DNA of 56,712 bases from an uncultured Candidatus Saccharibacteria bacterium (GTDB taxonomy: Bacteria; Patescibacteriota; Minisyncoccia; Minisyncoccales; CAZKCU01), in NCBI GenBank assembly GCA_964431915.1, contig CAYSLI010000002.1, positions 89,503 through 146,214 of the forward strand. Direction: 5' to 3'. Positions within the stretch are counted from its first letter, which is position 1. Every line of letters begins with the position of its first letter. This document shows, piece by piece, positions 27,164-36,216 of this stretch. The notes beneath the pieces were generated by a model that searched no databases, was not told the DNA's origin, and was given only the letters and a program-made list of their open reading frames with translations. The position numbers and the translations under genes are program-made.

Positions 27164-27496
27164 ATGGAAGAAGTTACTCAAAAAGAAGAAAAAAAAGAAA
27201 AGAGCGAAAATTTAATAGCAATTCTTAGTTATATTGGAATTCTTTTTTTAATTCCCTTGCTTGTCTCCAAAGATAATGCTTTTGCCCAGTTTCACGCAAA
27301 ACAGGGCTTAGTTCTGTTTATTGCTGAAATTGCTACTTCTCTTATTGCCTGGATTCCCATTCTCGGATGGTTTATTGGAATGATAGCCTGGATTATATGG
27401 TTGGTCTTATCTATTATAGGGATAATAAATGTTGTGGGTGGCAAACAAGTTCCCCTTCCTGTAATTGGGAAATTTGCCAAGAAATTTAAGTTTTAA
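27164..27496 (+). CDS. DUF4870-like membrane protein
   Basis: AILSY.GILFLIP, FHAKQG and PLPVIG. Confidence 0.85.
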   Translation: MEEVTQKEEKKEKSENLIAILSYIGILFLIPLLVSKDNAFAQFHAKQGLVLFIAEIATSLIAWIPILGWFIGMIAWIIWLVLSIIGIINVVGGKQVPLPVIGKFAKKFKF

Positions 27497-27538
27497 GAAA
27501 AGGTCGAAAACAAGAAAAAATAATAACAAATTAATGCT

Positions 27539-28219
27539 ATGAAAAAAATAGTAATAATTATAGTAGTGATAGCATTGGTTGGAATTGGGGCATGGGTTTT
27601 GCTAAGCGTCAAAAAAGGAGTTGAAGAAGGGGTGGTTCCGCCGGGCGAGGAAGCTGTAACCCCGGGAACAGAACTGTCGTTAACTGAGATCTTGGGAAAG
27701 GCAAAAGGTATAAGCTCTTTTAAGTACGACATGGTGGCAACCGCTTCTGGTGAGACAGCAGAAACAATAAAAATGTGGCGGAAAGAAACAAAAATGAGAA
27801 TGGAAGGAACTTTTGAGGGAGAGAGCATGGTTTATTTAGTAGATGCGGATAAACAGCTGGCATATATGTATTTTCCGTCAGAAAACACGGCTATGAAAAT
27901 AGGTTTAAGCAAGGCCCAGGAAACAGCTGGAGAATCTCCGAGCGAACAGTCCGGGTCCGTTATGAAATATAACCCGGTGACCCTTGGTACCGAAACTTTG
28001 GACGGAAAAAGCTGTTTGATTATTAAATACAGCACCGAAACAGAAGAAGTAAAGATGTGGGTATGGACAAAATATGGTCTTCCCATAAGGACGGAAACGA
28101 CTATGGAAAAAGGCACATCACTGGTAGAGTTAAAGAATATAGACTTTGCCAATATTTCCGACAGTATGTTTGAATTACCAGCCGGTGTTCAAATAATGGA
28201 AATGCCATTTGGTTTATAA
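27539..28219 (+). CDS. Membrane-anchored exported protein (DUF4412/LolA-like beta fold)
   Basis: N-terminal TM; GTETLDGKSC...WVWTKYGLPIR...SMFELPAG. Confidence 0.7.
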   Translation: MKKIVIIIVVIALVGIGAWVLLSVKKGVEEGVVPPGEEAVTPGTELSLTEILGKAKGISSFKYDMVATASGETAETIKMWRKETKMRMEGTFEGESMVYLVDADKQLAYMYFPSENTAMKIGLSKAQETAGESPSEQSGSVMKYNPVTLGTETLDGKSCLIIKYSTETEEVKMWVWTKYGLPIRTETTMEKGTSLVELKNIDFANISDSMFELPAGVQIMEMPFGL

Positions 28220-28286
28220 AGGTCGAATCCCAGTAGTAGAGTAAAGCTCACTACGGGGCAAGAAAAATAATAAAAAAAATAACACT

Positions 28287-28817
28287 ATGAAAACAAAAAA
28301 CATAGTAATTGTTATAGTAGTGATTTTGATATTGGTGGTTGGAATTTGGATTTGGCTGGCTGGCAAGAAAGAAGTTGAAGAAGGAGTGACCCCCTCACCG
28401 ACGGTAGGAGAAGAAGAAGAGGAGGAAGAGGAAGAGGGGGAAAATCCATATAATTCTGCAAAAGAAGTTAAACCTGCCTCAGACCTTAATGCTGCATTTC
28501 ATAATGATTTTAAAGCAGTTCTTGATTTGACATTCGGAGGAGCAAAACTTACAAAGGCCTCTTCAGATAAGTGGGTGGAAGATTTTAGTTACATTGTAAA
28601 AAGAAAAATTACTGAAGAAGATGCTCAAAAAGTAAGAGATTTATTTGAAGAGAAAGGGTATGAAACAACTTCTACCAGTGCCAAGGCTGATAAATATAGT
28701 TATGACTTTTCTAAGGAAGTTTTAGGAGAAGAGTATGATGATATTAATGTAAGCATATGGTTAGAAGAAGGGGAATGGACTCATCAACAGGAGGTTTGGG
28801 CTAGCATATACAAATAA
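28287..28817 (+). CDS. Membrane-anchored acidic exported protein
   Basis: N-terminal TM, KKEVEEGV and a poly-Glu linker. Confidence 0.75.
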   Translation: MKTKNIVIVIVVILILVVGIWIWLAGKKEVEEGVTPSPTVGEEEEEEEEEGENPYNSAKEVKPASDLNAAFHNDFKAVLDLTFGGAKLTKASSDKWVEDFSYIVKRKITEEDAQKVRDLFEEKGYETTSTSAKADKYSYDFSKEVLGEEYDDINVSIWLEEGEWTHQQEVWASIYK

Positions 28818-28918
28818 ATAATAACAGATAGAATTAAAAATTAATTTAAATATTTGGACATCGGACGTTCAAATGTTAGGGTATTGACCTTAAACCTTTA
28901 ACAAATTAAACTAAACCA

Positions 28919-30454
28919 ATGGCTCGAAAAAAACCAGTTAAAAAAAGTAAAACTAGGAGGCGATTGAGAAAAAAAAATAAATTAAAGAAACCAGTCAGCT
29001 CTCTTCCTGTTTATAGCAAAGGACCTCTCCACAAAACCAAAATAAGGGTTATTGGCATTGGCGGCGGAGGAGGGTTTATTGTTTCAGAAATTGCCTCCAG
29101 GATTAAAAAGGCGAGTTTTGTTGTAGCCAACACTGATATCCAGGCCCTCAAAAAAATAGATAAAAGAGTAAAAATTTTTCAATTTGGTCAGAATTTCACT
29201 TTTGGATTGGGAACGGGAATGAATAGCGAGTTGGGTAAAATAGCTGCCAAGGAGGAAAAAGAAAAAATAAAAAAACTTTTAGAAAACCAAGACCTTTGCA
29301 TCCTGGTAGCTTGTTTAGGAGGAGGAACAGGATCTGGGGCGGCTCCGATTTTTGCCAAAACCTCCAGAGATTTGGGTAACATCACCTATGGGATTTTCAC
29401 TTTACCCTTTAAATTCGAGGGAGAAAAGAAAGAGAAAGCTGCCAGAGAATCCTTAAAGAAAATAAAACCTTACCTTAATGCTCTTTCTGTCATCCCTAAT
29501 GAAAGAATCTTCCAAATCATTGATAAAGAAACTCCCTTAAGGGCTGCTCTTTCTGTTATAAATAAAAGTTTGGCTGAAAGCTTAGAGGGCTTAATTGAGA
29601 TGATTTATGGCTCTGGATTAATTAATATTGACTTCGCTGATTTAAAAACAATTTTTGAAGGTCAAGGAAAAATAACTTATTTAAATACAGTTGAAGTTTC
29701 TGGCTCTGACAGAAGAGAGGAGGCAATTAAAAAAGTAATTTCAAATCCCTTGTATCCTTATAGCATTCGGGGGGCCAAGGGAGTTTTATTTAACATTGCC
29801 GGAGAGAAAAACCTTGCAATGAATGAAATTTCCCAAATATCAAAGACTATTTCTGATTTAGTCAACAAAGAGGCGAAAATTATTTTTGGTATTTCTCAAC
29901 TTCCCTTTTTATCCATGAAAGGTGGGAAAGATAAAAAAGGAAGAGATAAAATTAAAATAACTTTATTAGCTACTGGATGTGGGACGAAAATTTTTTCTCA
30001 AAAACCCAAGAAACCCCGAAGAAAAATTGCCCCCAAAAAGATAGAATCAAAAGAAAAGAAAAAGAAACTAGAATCTTCTCCTACTAAGCTTCCGAAAGAA
30101 GCGAAGGTTAAGAAGAGAATAAAGTTCTCTTCGCCTACTAAGCTTCCGAAGACCGAAAAAGTAATAAAAAAATCCCCGCAATTGAAACAGAAAATGAAAA
30201 CTCCAAAGAAAACAAAGATGAAACCAGAAAAAAGTAAGGATAAATCTTCTCGGCAAACTAAAAAGATTCAGGTTTTGTCGTCCGAACCCCTCAATCAAAA
30301 GAAAGAAGTTGATAAAGAAGTAAAAGTAAAGGTTGGTAGATCAGCTCTCCAAATAAAAAAAGAAATTGAAGAAGCTGAACAAGATTTACTGAATCAAGAA
30401 AAGAAATGGGAGGCTCCTGCCTTTTTGCGAAAGAAACTGGCAAAAAATGAATAA
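28919..30454 (+). CDS. ftsZ: Divergent FtsZ with basic N-terminal extension and long Lys-rich linker
   Basis: GIGGGGG, ANTD, GGGTGSG, GLINIDFAD and C-terminal core WEAPAFLRKK. Confidence 0.88.
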   Translation: MARKKPVKKSKTRRRLRKKNKLKKPVSSLPVYSKGPLHKTKIRVIGIGGGGGFIVSEIASRIKKASFVVANTDIQALKKIDKRVKIFQFGQNFTFGLGTGMNSELGKIAAKEEKEKIKKLLENQDLCILVACLGGGTGSGAAPIFAKTSRDLGNITYGIFTLPFKFEGEKKEKAARESLKKIKPYLNALSVIPNERIFQIIDKETPLRAALSVINKSLAESLEGLIEMIYGSGLINIDFADLKTIFEGQGKITYLNTVEVSGSDRREEAIKKVISNPLYPYSIRGAKGVLFNIAGEKNLAMNEISQISKTISDLVNKEAKIIFGISQLPFLSMKGGKDKKGRDKIKITLLATGCGTKIFSQKPKKPRRKIAPKKIESKEKKKKLESSPTKLPKEAKVKKRIKFSSPTKLPKTEKVIKKSPQLKQKMKTPKKTKMKPEKSKDKSSRQTKKIQVLSSEPLNQKKEVDKEVKVKVGRSALQIKKEIEEAEQDLLNQEKKWEAPAFLRKKLAKNE

Positions 30455-31325
30455 GGTAATTAAAAAAGCAATAATACCTGTTGGAGGGATTGGAACAAGA
30501 TTTTTACCACTTTCTAAAGTTTTCCCAAAAGAACTTTGGCCTTTGGTGGATGTTCCGGTTATTCAATATATTCTTGAAGAGGCAAAGCAATCTGGGATAA
30601 AAGAGATAATTTTTGTTATCTCGCCTGAAAAAAAAGTTGTTCTAAATTATTTTAAAGATTCGGCAAAAATAGAAAAAATTTTAAAAGATAGAAAGAAAAA
30701 TCGTTTTTTACAACCGCTTAAAAAAATAGAAGAGCTTGTTTCTGATATTTCTTTTTCTTCTGTTTTGCAAAGAAAACCTTTAGGCGATGGTCATGCTGTC
30801 TTACAAGCAGCAAAAATTGCGGGATCTGAGCCTTGTGGGGTTTTGTTTGGAGATGATATTGTAGATTCAAGAGTTCCTTGTCTTTTGCAACTTTCTAAAA
30901 TTTTTAAGACCTGTCAAAAACCCATTATTGCTTTAAAAAAAATAGCTAAAGAAAAGCTTCCTTTCTATGGAATAGTTGAGGTGGAAAAGATTGCTAATCG
31001 CCTTTACAAAATCAAAAGAATTGTTGAAAAACCCTCTCCTGAGGAGGCTCCTTCTTACCTGTCTATTGTTGGTAAATACATTTTAACGCCTGAAGTTTTT
31101 GATTACCTCAAAAGAGCAAAACCTACCCTAAGAAAGGAAATCATATTGGCCGAAACTTTTGATAAAATGATAAGAGATGGTAAAATAATTTATGGATATG
31201 AATTCGAAGGTGAATGGCTTGAATGCGGGAATAAGCTCGGTTGGCTCAAATCGCATCTTTATCTTTCTTTAAAACATCCTCAGTTTGGCCCAGAGCTTAA
31301 AAAATATCTAAAAGAAATAACATGA
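30447..31325 (+). CDS. galU: UTP--glucose-1-phosphate uridylyltransferase
   Basis: KAIIPVGGIGTRFLP, PKEL, Q..PLGDGHA and VEKP. Confidence 0.85.
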   Translation: MNKVIKKAIIPVGGIGTRFLPLSKVFPKELWPLVDVPVIQYILEEAKQSGIKEIIFVISPEKKVVLNYFKDSAKIEKILKDRKKNRFLQPLKKIEELVSDISFSSVLQRKPLGDGHAVLQAAKIAGSEPCGVLFGDDIVDSRVPCLLQLSKIFKTCQKPIIALKKIAKEKLPFYGIVEVEKIANRLYKIKRIVEKPSPEEAPSYLSIVGKYILTPEVFDYLKRAKPTLRKEIILAETFDKMIRDGKIIYGYEFEGEWLECGNKLGWLKSHLYLSLKHPQFGPELKKYLKEIT

Positions 31326-32194
31326 CTGAAGTAACCAAAACCATATTAAAAAACATTTATAAAGAACGGCCTCGTGATACTAAAAAATACGATTACGGAT
31401 TATTATTAGTTATCGGTGGCTCGGAATTTTATAGTGGTTCTCCGGCTCTCTCTGCTCTGGCAGCTTTCAAATCGGGTGTTGATATGGTTAGGATCATTGC
31501 TCCTAAAAGGGCAGCTGATATTATTGCCTCTTTTACCCCTGATTTTGCTGCCTATCCTTTAGAAGGGGATTGGCTTAAAGAAGAACACTTGGCAACTTTA
31601 CTTACTTTGACTGAATCAGCCAAAGTTGTTTCTCGGGGAAACACGGCAGTTGTCATTGGCGGGGGAATGGGTCGTTCAGAGGAAACTCAAAGCGTAATTT
31701 TGAAGTATTTATCTCAAGTTCAAGTTCCAGTGGTAATTGATGCCGATGCTATTCATGCTTTGGGAAAAAAACCAGAAATTATCAAAGGAAAACCATTTTT
31801 AATTACTCCCCATACCTATGAATTTTTTGTTTTAACTAAAAAAGAAATTTACCAACTTCCTGAGGAAGAAAAAATAAAAATGGTTCAAGAAGAGGCAATC
31901 AGACTAGAGACAACAATTTTACTTAAAGGCCCAAAAGATATAATTTCTAATGGAAAAAAGTTAGCCTTAAATAAAACTGGCAGTTCTTATCTCACTACCG
32001 GAGGTTGTGGGGATACATTAGCTGGTATTTGTGGGGCGTTAATCGCTCGAGGAGTTAATCCATTTATTGCCGGTCAGGCAGGAGCTTATATTAATGGTTT
32101 AGCCGGAGAGTTTGCAGGAAAAAAATTAGGTGAATCATTGATGGCTACTGATTTGATAGAGGCAATCCCGGAAATAATTCATTTTAAAAAATAA
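31322..32194 (+). CDS. nnrD: ADP-dependent NAD(P)H-hydrate dehydratase (YjeF C-terminal family)
   Basis: KYDYG..LVIGGS, VIDADA, ITPH.YEF, LLKG and TGGCGDTLAG. Confidence 0.9.
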   Translation: MTEVTKTILKNIYKERPRDTKKYDYGLLLVIGGSEFYSGSPALSALAAFKSGVDMVRIIAPKRAADIIASFTPDFAAYPLEGDWLKEEHLATLLTLTESAKVVSRGNTAVVIGGGMGRSEETQSVILKYLSQVQVPVVIDADAIHALGKKPEIIKGKPFLITPHTYEFFVLTKKEIYQLPEEEKIKMVQEEAIRLETTILLKGPKDIISNGKKLALNKTGSSYLTTGGCGDTLAGICGALIARGVNPFIAGQAGAYINGLAGEFAGKKLGESLMATDLIEAIPEIIHFKK

Positions 32195-32197
32195 AAT

Positions 32198-32962
32198 ATG
32201 TTTAGTTTAAAAAACAAAGTTGCCTTAGTTACCGGCGCCAGAAGGGGAATTGGCAAAGGGATTGCTTTATCCCTGGCTAAAGCTGGAGCGAAAGTAATAG
32301 TAACTGATATTGATGAGAAAGAATGCGAGGCCGTGGTTAAAGAAATTGAAAAATTAGGAAGCCAAGGTTTAGCAAAGAAAGTTGATGTCACAAATAAAAA
32401 AGAAATTGAAACAGCTGTAAAGAAAACTATTGATAAGTTCGGGAAATTAGATATTTTAGTTAATAATGCTGGTATTTGCTGGCCGATTAAACCTCTTACA
32501 GAATTAACTGAAGAAGAATGGGATAAAATAATGGATATTAATTTAAAAGGATATTTTTTGTGCGCCCAGGCAGCGATAAAAGAAATGGCAAAACAAAAAT
32601 GGGGGAGAATTATTAATATTGCTTCAATAGCTTCCGGTGGACTGGGGATTGGTTCTCCGAATATAAGTCATTATGTTGCGACGAAGGGGGGAGCAATCGG
32701 GCTTACTGAATCTTGGGCAGTTGAATTTGCATCAATGGGTATCAATGTTAATGCTATTTGCCCTGGGTTTATTGAGACAAAAATGGTTGATCCATTTTTG
32801 GCTGATCCTCAAGCAAAACAAGCGTTTTTAGCAAGAATTCCCAAAAAAAGATTTGGCAAACCAGAAGATATTGCAGCTGCAGTAGTTTATTTGGCTTCAG
32901 AAGAAGCAGATTATATTACCGGAGCTATTTTAGTTGTTGATGGCGGCTGGCTTGCTGGTTAA
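32198..32962 (+). CDS. Short-chain dehydrogenase/reductase (FabG-like)
   Basis: TGARRGIG, LVNNAG, YVATK and VDGG. Confidence 0.92.
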   Translation: MFSLKNKVALVTGARRGIGKGIALSLAKAGAKVIVTDIDEKECEAVVKEIEKLGSQGLAKKVDVTNKKEIETAVKKTIDKFGKLDILVNNAGICWPIKPLTELTEEEWDKIMDINLKGYFLCAQAAIKEMAKQKWGRIINIASIASGGLGIGSPNISHYVATKGGAIGLTESWAVEFASMGINVNAICPGFIETKMVDPFLADPQAKQAFLARIPKKRFGKPEDIAAAVVYLASEEADYITGAILVVDGGWLAG

Positions 32963-32993
32963 TCGCTCGGCAGTAGCTTCCCTTTTTAAGTTT

Positions 32994-33905
32994 ATGTATG
33001 ACCTTGTAATCATTGGCGGAGGGCCGGCCGGTATTACTGCCGGTATTTATGCTGCTAGAAAAAAAATAGATACTCTTTTAATTACTAAAGACTTTATTGG
33101 CCAGACAGGTAAGGCTTTTTTTGTTGAGAATTATCCTGGCTTTGAAAGGATTTTGGGGTTGGAACTGATTAAAAAATTTAAAAACCACTTAAAAAAATTT
33201 GAAATTGAAATTAAAGAAGTTGGAGTAAAGAAAATTAGGAAAGTTAAAAATAAATTTATTGTCCAAACCGAAAAAAGAGAAAATTTTATTTCAAAAGCGG
33301 TAATTTTAGCTTCTGGCCGTGACCCCAGACCTCTGGAAGTTTTAGGAGAAAAAGAGTTAATCGGCCGCGGAATAAGTTATTGTCCGACTTGCGATTTACC
33401 TTTCTTTAAAAATAAAGAAATTGCCGTAATTGGCGGGGGTAACGCAGGATTTAATGCATCAATTGAAGCTATAAGATATGGGAATAAAGTTTATATTTTA
33501 GAGTTCTCTCCAAAGGTCATAGCTGATGAGATTTTGCAGGAAAGAGCAAAAAAGACTGGAAAGATTAAGGTAATTTTAAATGCTGAAGTTAAAAAAATTT
33601 TAGGAGAAAAAGAAGTTCGAGGGTTAATTTATCAAGACCGGATTTCCAAAAAAGAAAAAACTTTAGATGTTCAGGGAATCTTTATTATGATTGGAGAAAC
33701 TCCATCCACAGATTACATCAAAGGATTGGTTGATTTTAATAAAAAAGATGAAATAATTGTTGATCCTAAAAACTTACAAACAAAAACCGAAGGACTTTTC
33801 GCCTGTGGCGATGTTACCAATGTTTTATGCGGCCAAATTGTAATTGCTGCAGGTTCAGGAGCCAAAGCAGCTTTGTTAGCCTATGAATATTTACAAAAGT
33901 TCTAA
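32994..33905 (+). CDS. trxB: Thioredoxin-disulfide reductase
   Basis: GGGPAG, CPTCD redox motif, GGGNAG and GD; start placed at ATG 32994. Confidence 0.85.
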   Translation: MYDLVIIGGGPAGITAGIYAARKKIDTLLITKDFIGQTGKAFFVENYPGFERILGLELIKKFKNHLKKFEIEIKEVGVKKIRKVKNKFIVQTEKRENFISKAVILASGRDPRPLEVLGEKELIGRGISYCPTCDLPFFKNKEIAVIGGGNAGFNASIEAIRYGNKVYILEFSPKVIADEILQERAKKTGKIKVILNAEVKKILGEKEVRGLIYQDRISKKEKTLDVQGIFIMIGETPSTDYIKGLVDFNKKDEIIVDPKNLQTKTEGLFACGDVTNVLCGQIVIAAGSGAKAALLAYEYLQKF

Positions 33906-35163
33906 AATTAAATCAATTAAAGCTATGGAGATTTTGGATTCTCGGGGAGAGCCGACAGTGGAAGTGGATTTGACTACTGATTTTGGTATTTTCCAGAGCT
34001 CGGTTCCTTCGGGAGCTTCCAAAGGAAAATATGAAGCAGTTGAAATAAGAAACGGTCAGAAAAGATGTTATGGTAAGGGAGTTAGAATTGCAGTAAAAAA
34101 CGTAAATGAAATTATCGGCCCCAAGCTCAAAGGGAAAGACCCAGCTAAACAAAAGGAAATAGACAATTTAATGATTAAATTAGACGGGACTAAAAATAAA
34201 TCAAAACTGGGAGGAAATAGCATTTTAGGTGTTTCAACGGCAGTCTGCCGGGCCGGAGCTAAAGCTAAAAATGTTCCCTTATATCAACATATTGCCGAAA
34301 TTTACAGAGAACGGTTCTCTGGAGATTCTCAGATAAAATTACCGATGCCTGCTTTTAACGTTATTAATGGCGGGCTTCATGCCGGAAATGAGTTAGATTT
34401 TCAAGAATTTATGGTTGTGCCTCAGGTAAAACCATTTTCAAAAGCTTTGGAAATGGCTTCAGAAATTTATCAGGAATTAAAAAACATTATCAAAGAAAAG
34501 TATATAAATTTAGCCATAAATGTTGGGGATGAAGGAGGGTTTGCTCCGCCAGTTGGAGTTCCCGAAGAAGCAATAGAACTTATTTTGAGGGCAGCTAAAA
34601 ATCTTGGTTATCAAAAAAAGCTAGCGATTATTTTAGATATAGCCGCCTCTCAATTTTACGCAAAAGGAACTTATAAAATGAAGATAGGGGCCTTTACTAA
34701 GCAAGGCCTGCTTAATTATTATTCTACTTTAATTAAAAAATATCCAATTTTGGGGTTGGAAGATCCATTTTCAGAGGAGGATTGGGAAGGATGGAAGGCA
34801 TTAAGTTTGAAATTCAAAGCTCAAAGCTCAAATTTGTTGATTATCGGCGATGATTTATTGGTAACTAATCCAAAAAGGATAAAAGAGGCGAAAGAGAAAG
34901 ATGCTTGTAATGGGATGATTATTAAACCAAATCAAATTGGAACTGTTATTGAGGCAATCGAAGCGGCAAAATTAGCAAAATCCTTTAACTGGAAAGTAAT
35001 GGTTTCTCATAGATCTGGTGAAACAAATGATGATTTTATTGCTGATTTTGCAGTTGGCATTGGAGCTGATTTCATAAAAGCTGGAGCACCAGCCAGGGGA
35101 GAAAGAGTGGCAAAGTATAATAGATTATTAAGGGTTGGAGAAGAGATACGCTCGGTAATATAA
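33883..35163 (+). CDS. eno: Enolase
   Basis: EILDSRG, VPSGAS, VGDEGGF, SHRSGET and ERVAKYNRL. Confidence 0.97.
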   Translation: MNIYKSSKIKSIKAMEILDSRGEPTVEVDLTTDFGIFQSSVPSGASKGKYEAVEIRNGQKRCYGKGVRIAVKNVNEIIGPKLKGKDPAKQKEIDNLMIKLDGTKNKSKLGGNSILGVSTAVCRAGAKAKNVPLYQHIAEIYRERFSGDSQIKLPMPAFNVINGGLHAGNELDFQEFMVVPQVKPFSKALEMASEIYQELKNIIKEKYINLAINVGDEGGFAPPVGVPEEAIELILRAAKNLGYQKKLAIILDIAASQFYAKGTYKMKIGAFTKQGLLNYYSTLIKKYPILGLEDPFSEEDWEGWKALSLKFKAQSSNLLIIGDDLLVTNPKRIKEAKEKDACNGMIIKPNQIGTVIEAIEAAKLAKSFNWKVMVSHRSGETNDDFIADFAVGIGADFIKAGAPARGERVAKYNRLLRVGEEIRSVI

Positions 35164-35172
35164 TTTTGGGTA

Positions 35173-35400
35173 CACGCGAGTTTTTCCAGCGAAAACTCGC
35201 TGCTACTCGCGAATTGCTCGCCGCTTCGCGGCGAGACTAAGTCAATTCGCTGCGGATTGTCTCCTAAATTAATTCCCTCGCTTACCCGAGCGAGGCGAAG
35301 CCGAGCGAAAGGTGAAGATGAACTTTAGTTCATCGACTACCCGAGCAAGGCGAAGAAAACAGAGTTTTCTTCTTTACCTTCGCTTTCATAAATGAAAGCT
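35173..35400. repeat. Composite cluster of GC-rich hairpin repeats (REP/MITE-like)
   Basis: Several nested stems, plus sub-elements GAAGATGAAC..GTTCATCGAC and GGCGAAGAAAAC..GTTTTCTTCTTTACCTTCGC that recur elsewhere in the window. Confidence 0.8.
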
Positions 35401-35433
35401 TGGTGGTTAAAGAAAAATTAACTAAGCAAGAAT

Positions 35434-36192
35434 ATGATGTATAAATTAGTTCTTTTGCGGCACGGAGAAAGTATCTGGAATAAAGAAAACCGTTTTACTG
35501 GCTGGACTGATGTTGATTTAACTGAAAAAGGGGTCAAAGAAGCGATTGAGACCGCAAAACTTCTTAAAAAAGAAGGATTGACTTTTGATATTGCTTTTAC
35601 CTCTGTCTTAAAAAAAGCAACAAAAACCTTGAATTTTGTTTTAAAAGAAATGGGGTTGACAAATATCCCAGTGAAAAAAACCTGGAGACTGAATGAAAGA
35701 CATTACGGAGCTTTACAAGGATTAAACAAAGCAGAGATAGCAAAAAGATACGGTGAAGAACAGGTTTTTTTGTGGAGAAGAAGTTATGAGGTTAGACCCC
35801 CAGCCCTTGAAGAAACCGATGCTCGTTATCCGGGTAAGGACCTCTTGTATAAGAATCTGAAAAAAGAAGAAATCCCCATTACCGAATCTCTCAAAGATAC
35901 AGAAATGAGATTGCTGCCTTATTGGAAAAGAGAGATAGCTCCTACCATAAAATCAGGCAAGAAAGTTTTAATTGTTGCTCACGGAAACAGCTTAAGAGCT
36001 TTGGTTAGATATCTTGATAACATTTCTCCTCAAAAAATACCGGAATTAAACATCCCCACTGGAATTCCTCTTTTGTATGAGTTAGATAAAAATCTAAAAC
36101 CTATAAAACATTATTATTTAGGGAAACCAGAGAGAGTCAAAGGAGCCGTTGAGAAGGTTATAGAAGAGGGTAAAAAACTTCACAAAAAATAG
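35434..36192 (+). CDS. gpmA: 2,3-bisphosphoglycerate-dependent phosphoglycerate mutase
   Basis: [26 protein letters not shown] and AHGNSLR. Confidence 0.97.
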   Translation: MMYKLVLLRHGESIWNKENRFTGWTDVDLTEKGVKEAIETAKLLKKEGLTFDIAFTSVLKKATKTLNFVLKEMGLTNIPVKKTWRLNERHYGALQGLNKAEIAKRYGEEQVFLWRRSYEVRPPALEETDARYPGKDLLYKNLKKEEIPITESLKDTEMRLLPYWKREIAPTIKSGKKVLIVAHGNSLRALVRYLDNISPQKIPELNIPTGIPLLYELDKNLKPIKHYYLGKPERVKGAVEKVIEEGKKLHKK

Positions 36193-36216
36193 AATCTATG
36201 TTATATATAATATATT

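Noticed and set aside
28408-28437. GAA/GAG run encoding poly-Glu
   Set aside because: Mixed codons, in-frame low-complexity linker; not a phase-variation tract.
28863-28874. GGACGTTCAAAT resembling the tRNA-Gln T arm at the right edge of the accessory region (possible attR duplication)
   Set aside because: Only 10/12 identity, no acceptor-stem match, and it is explained as part of a local hairpin.
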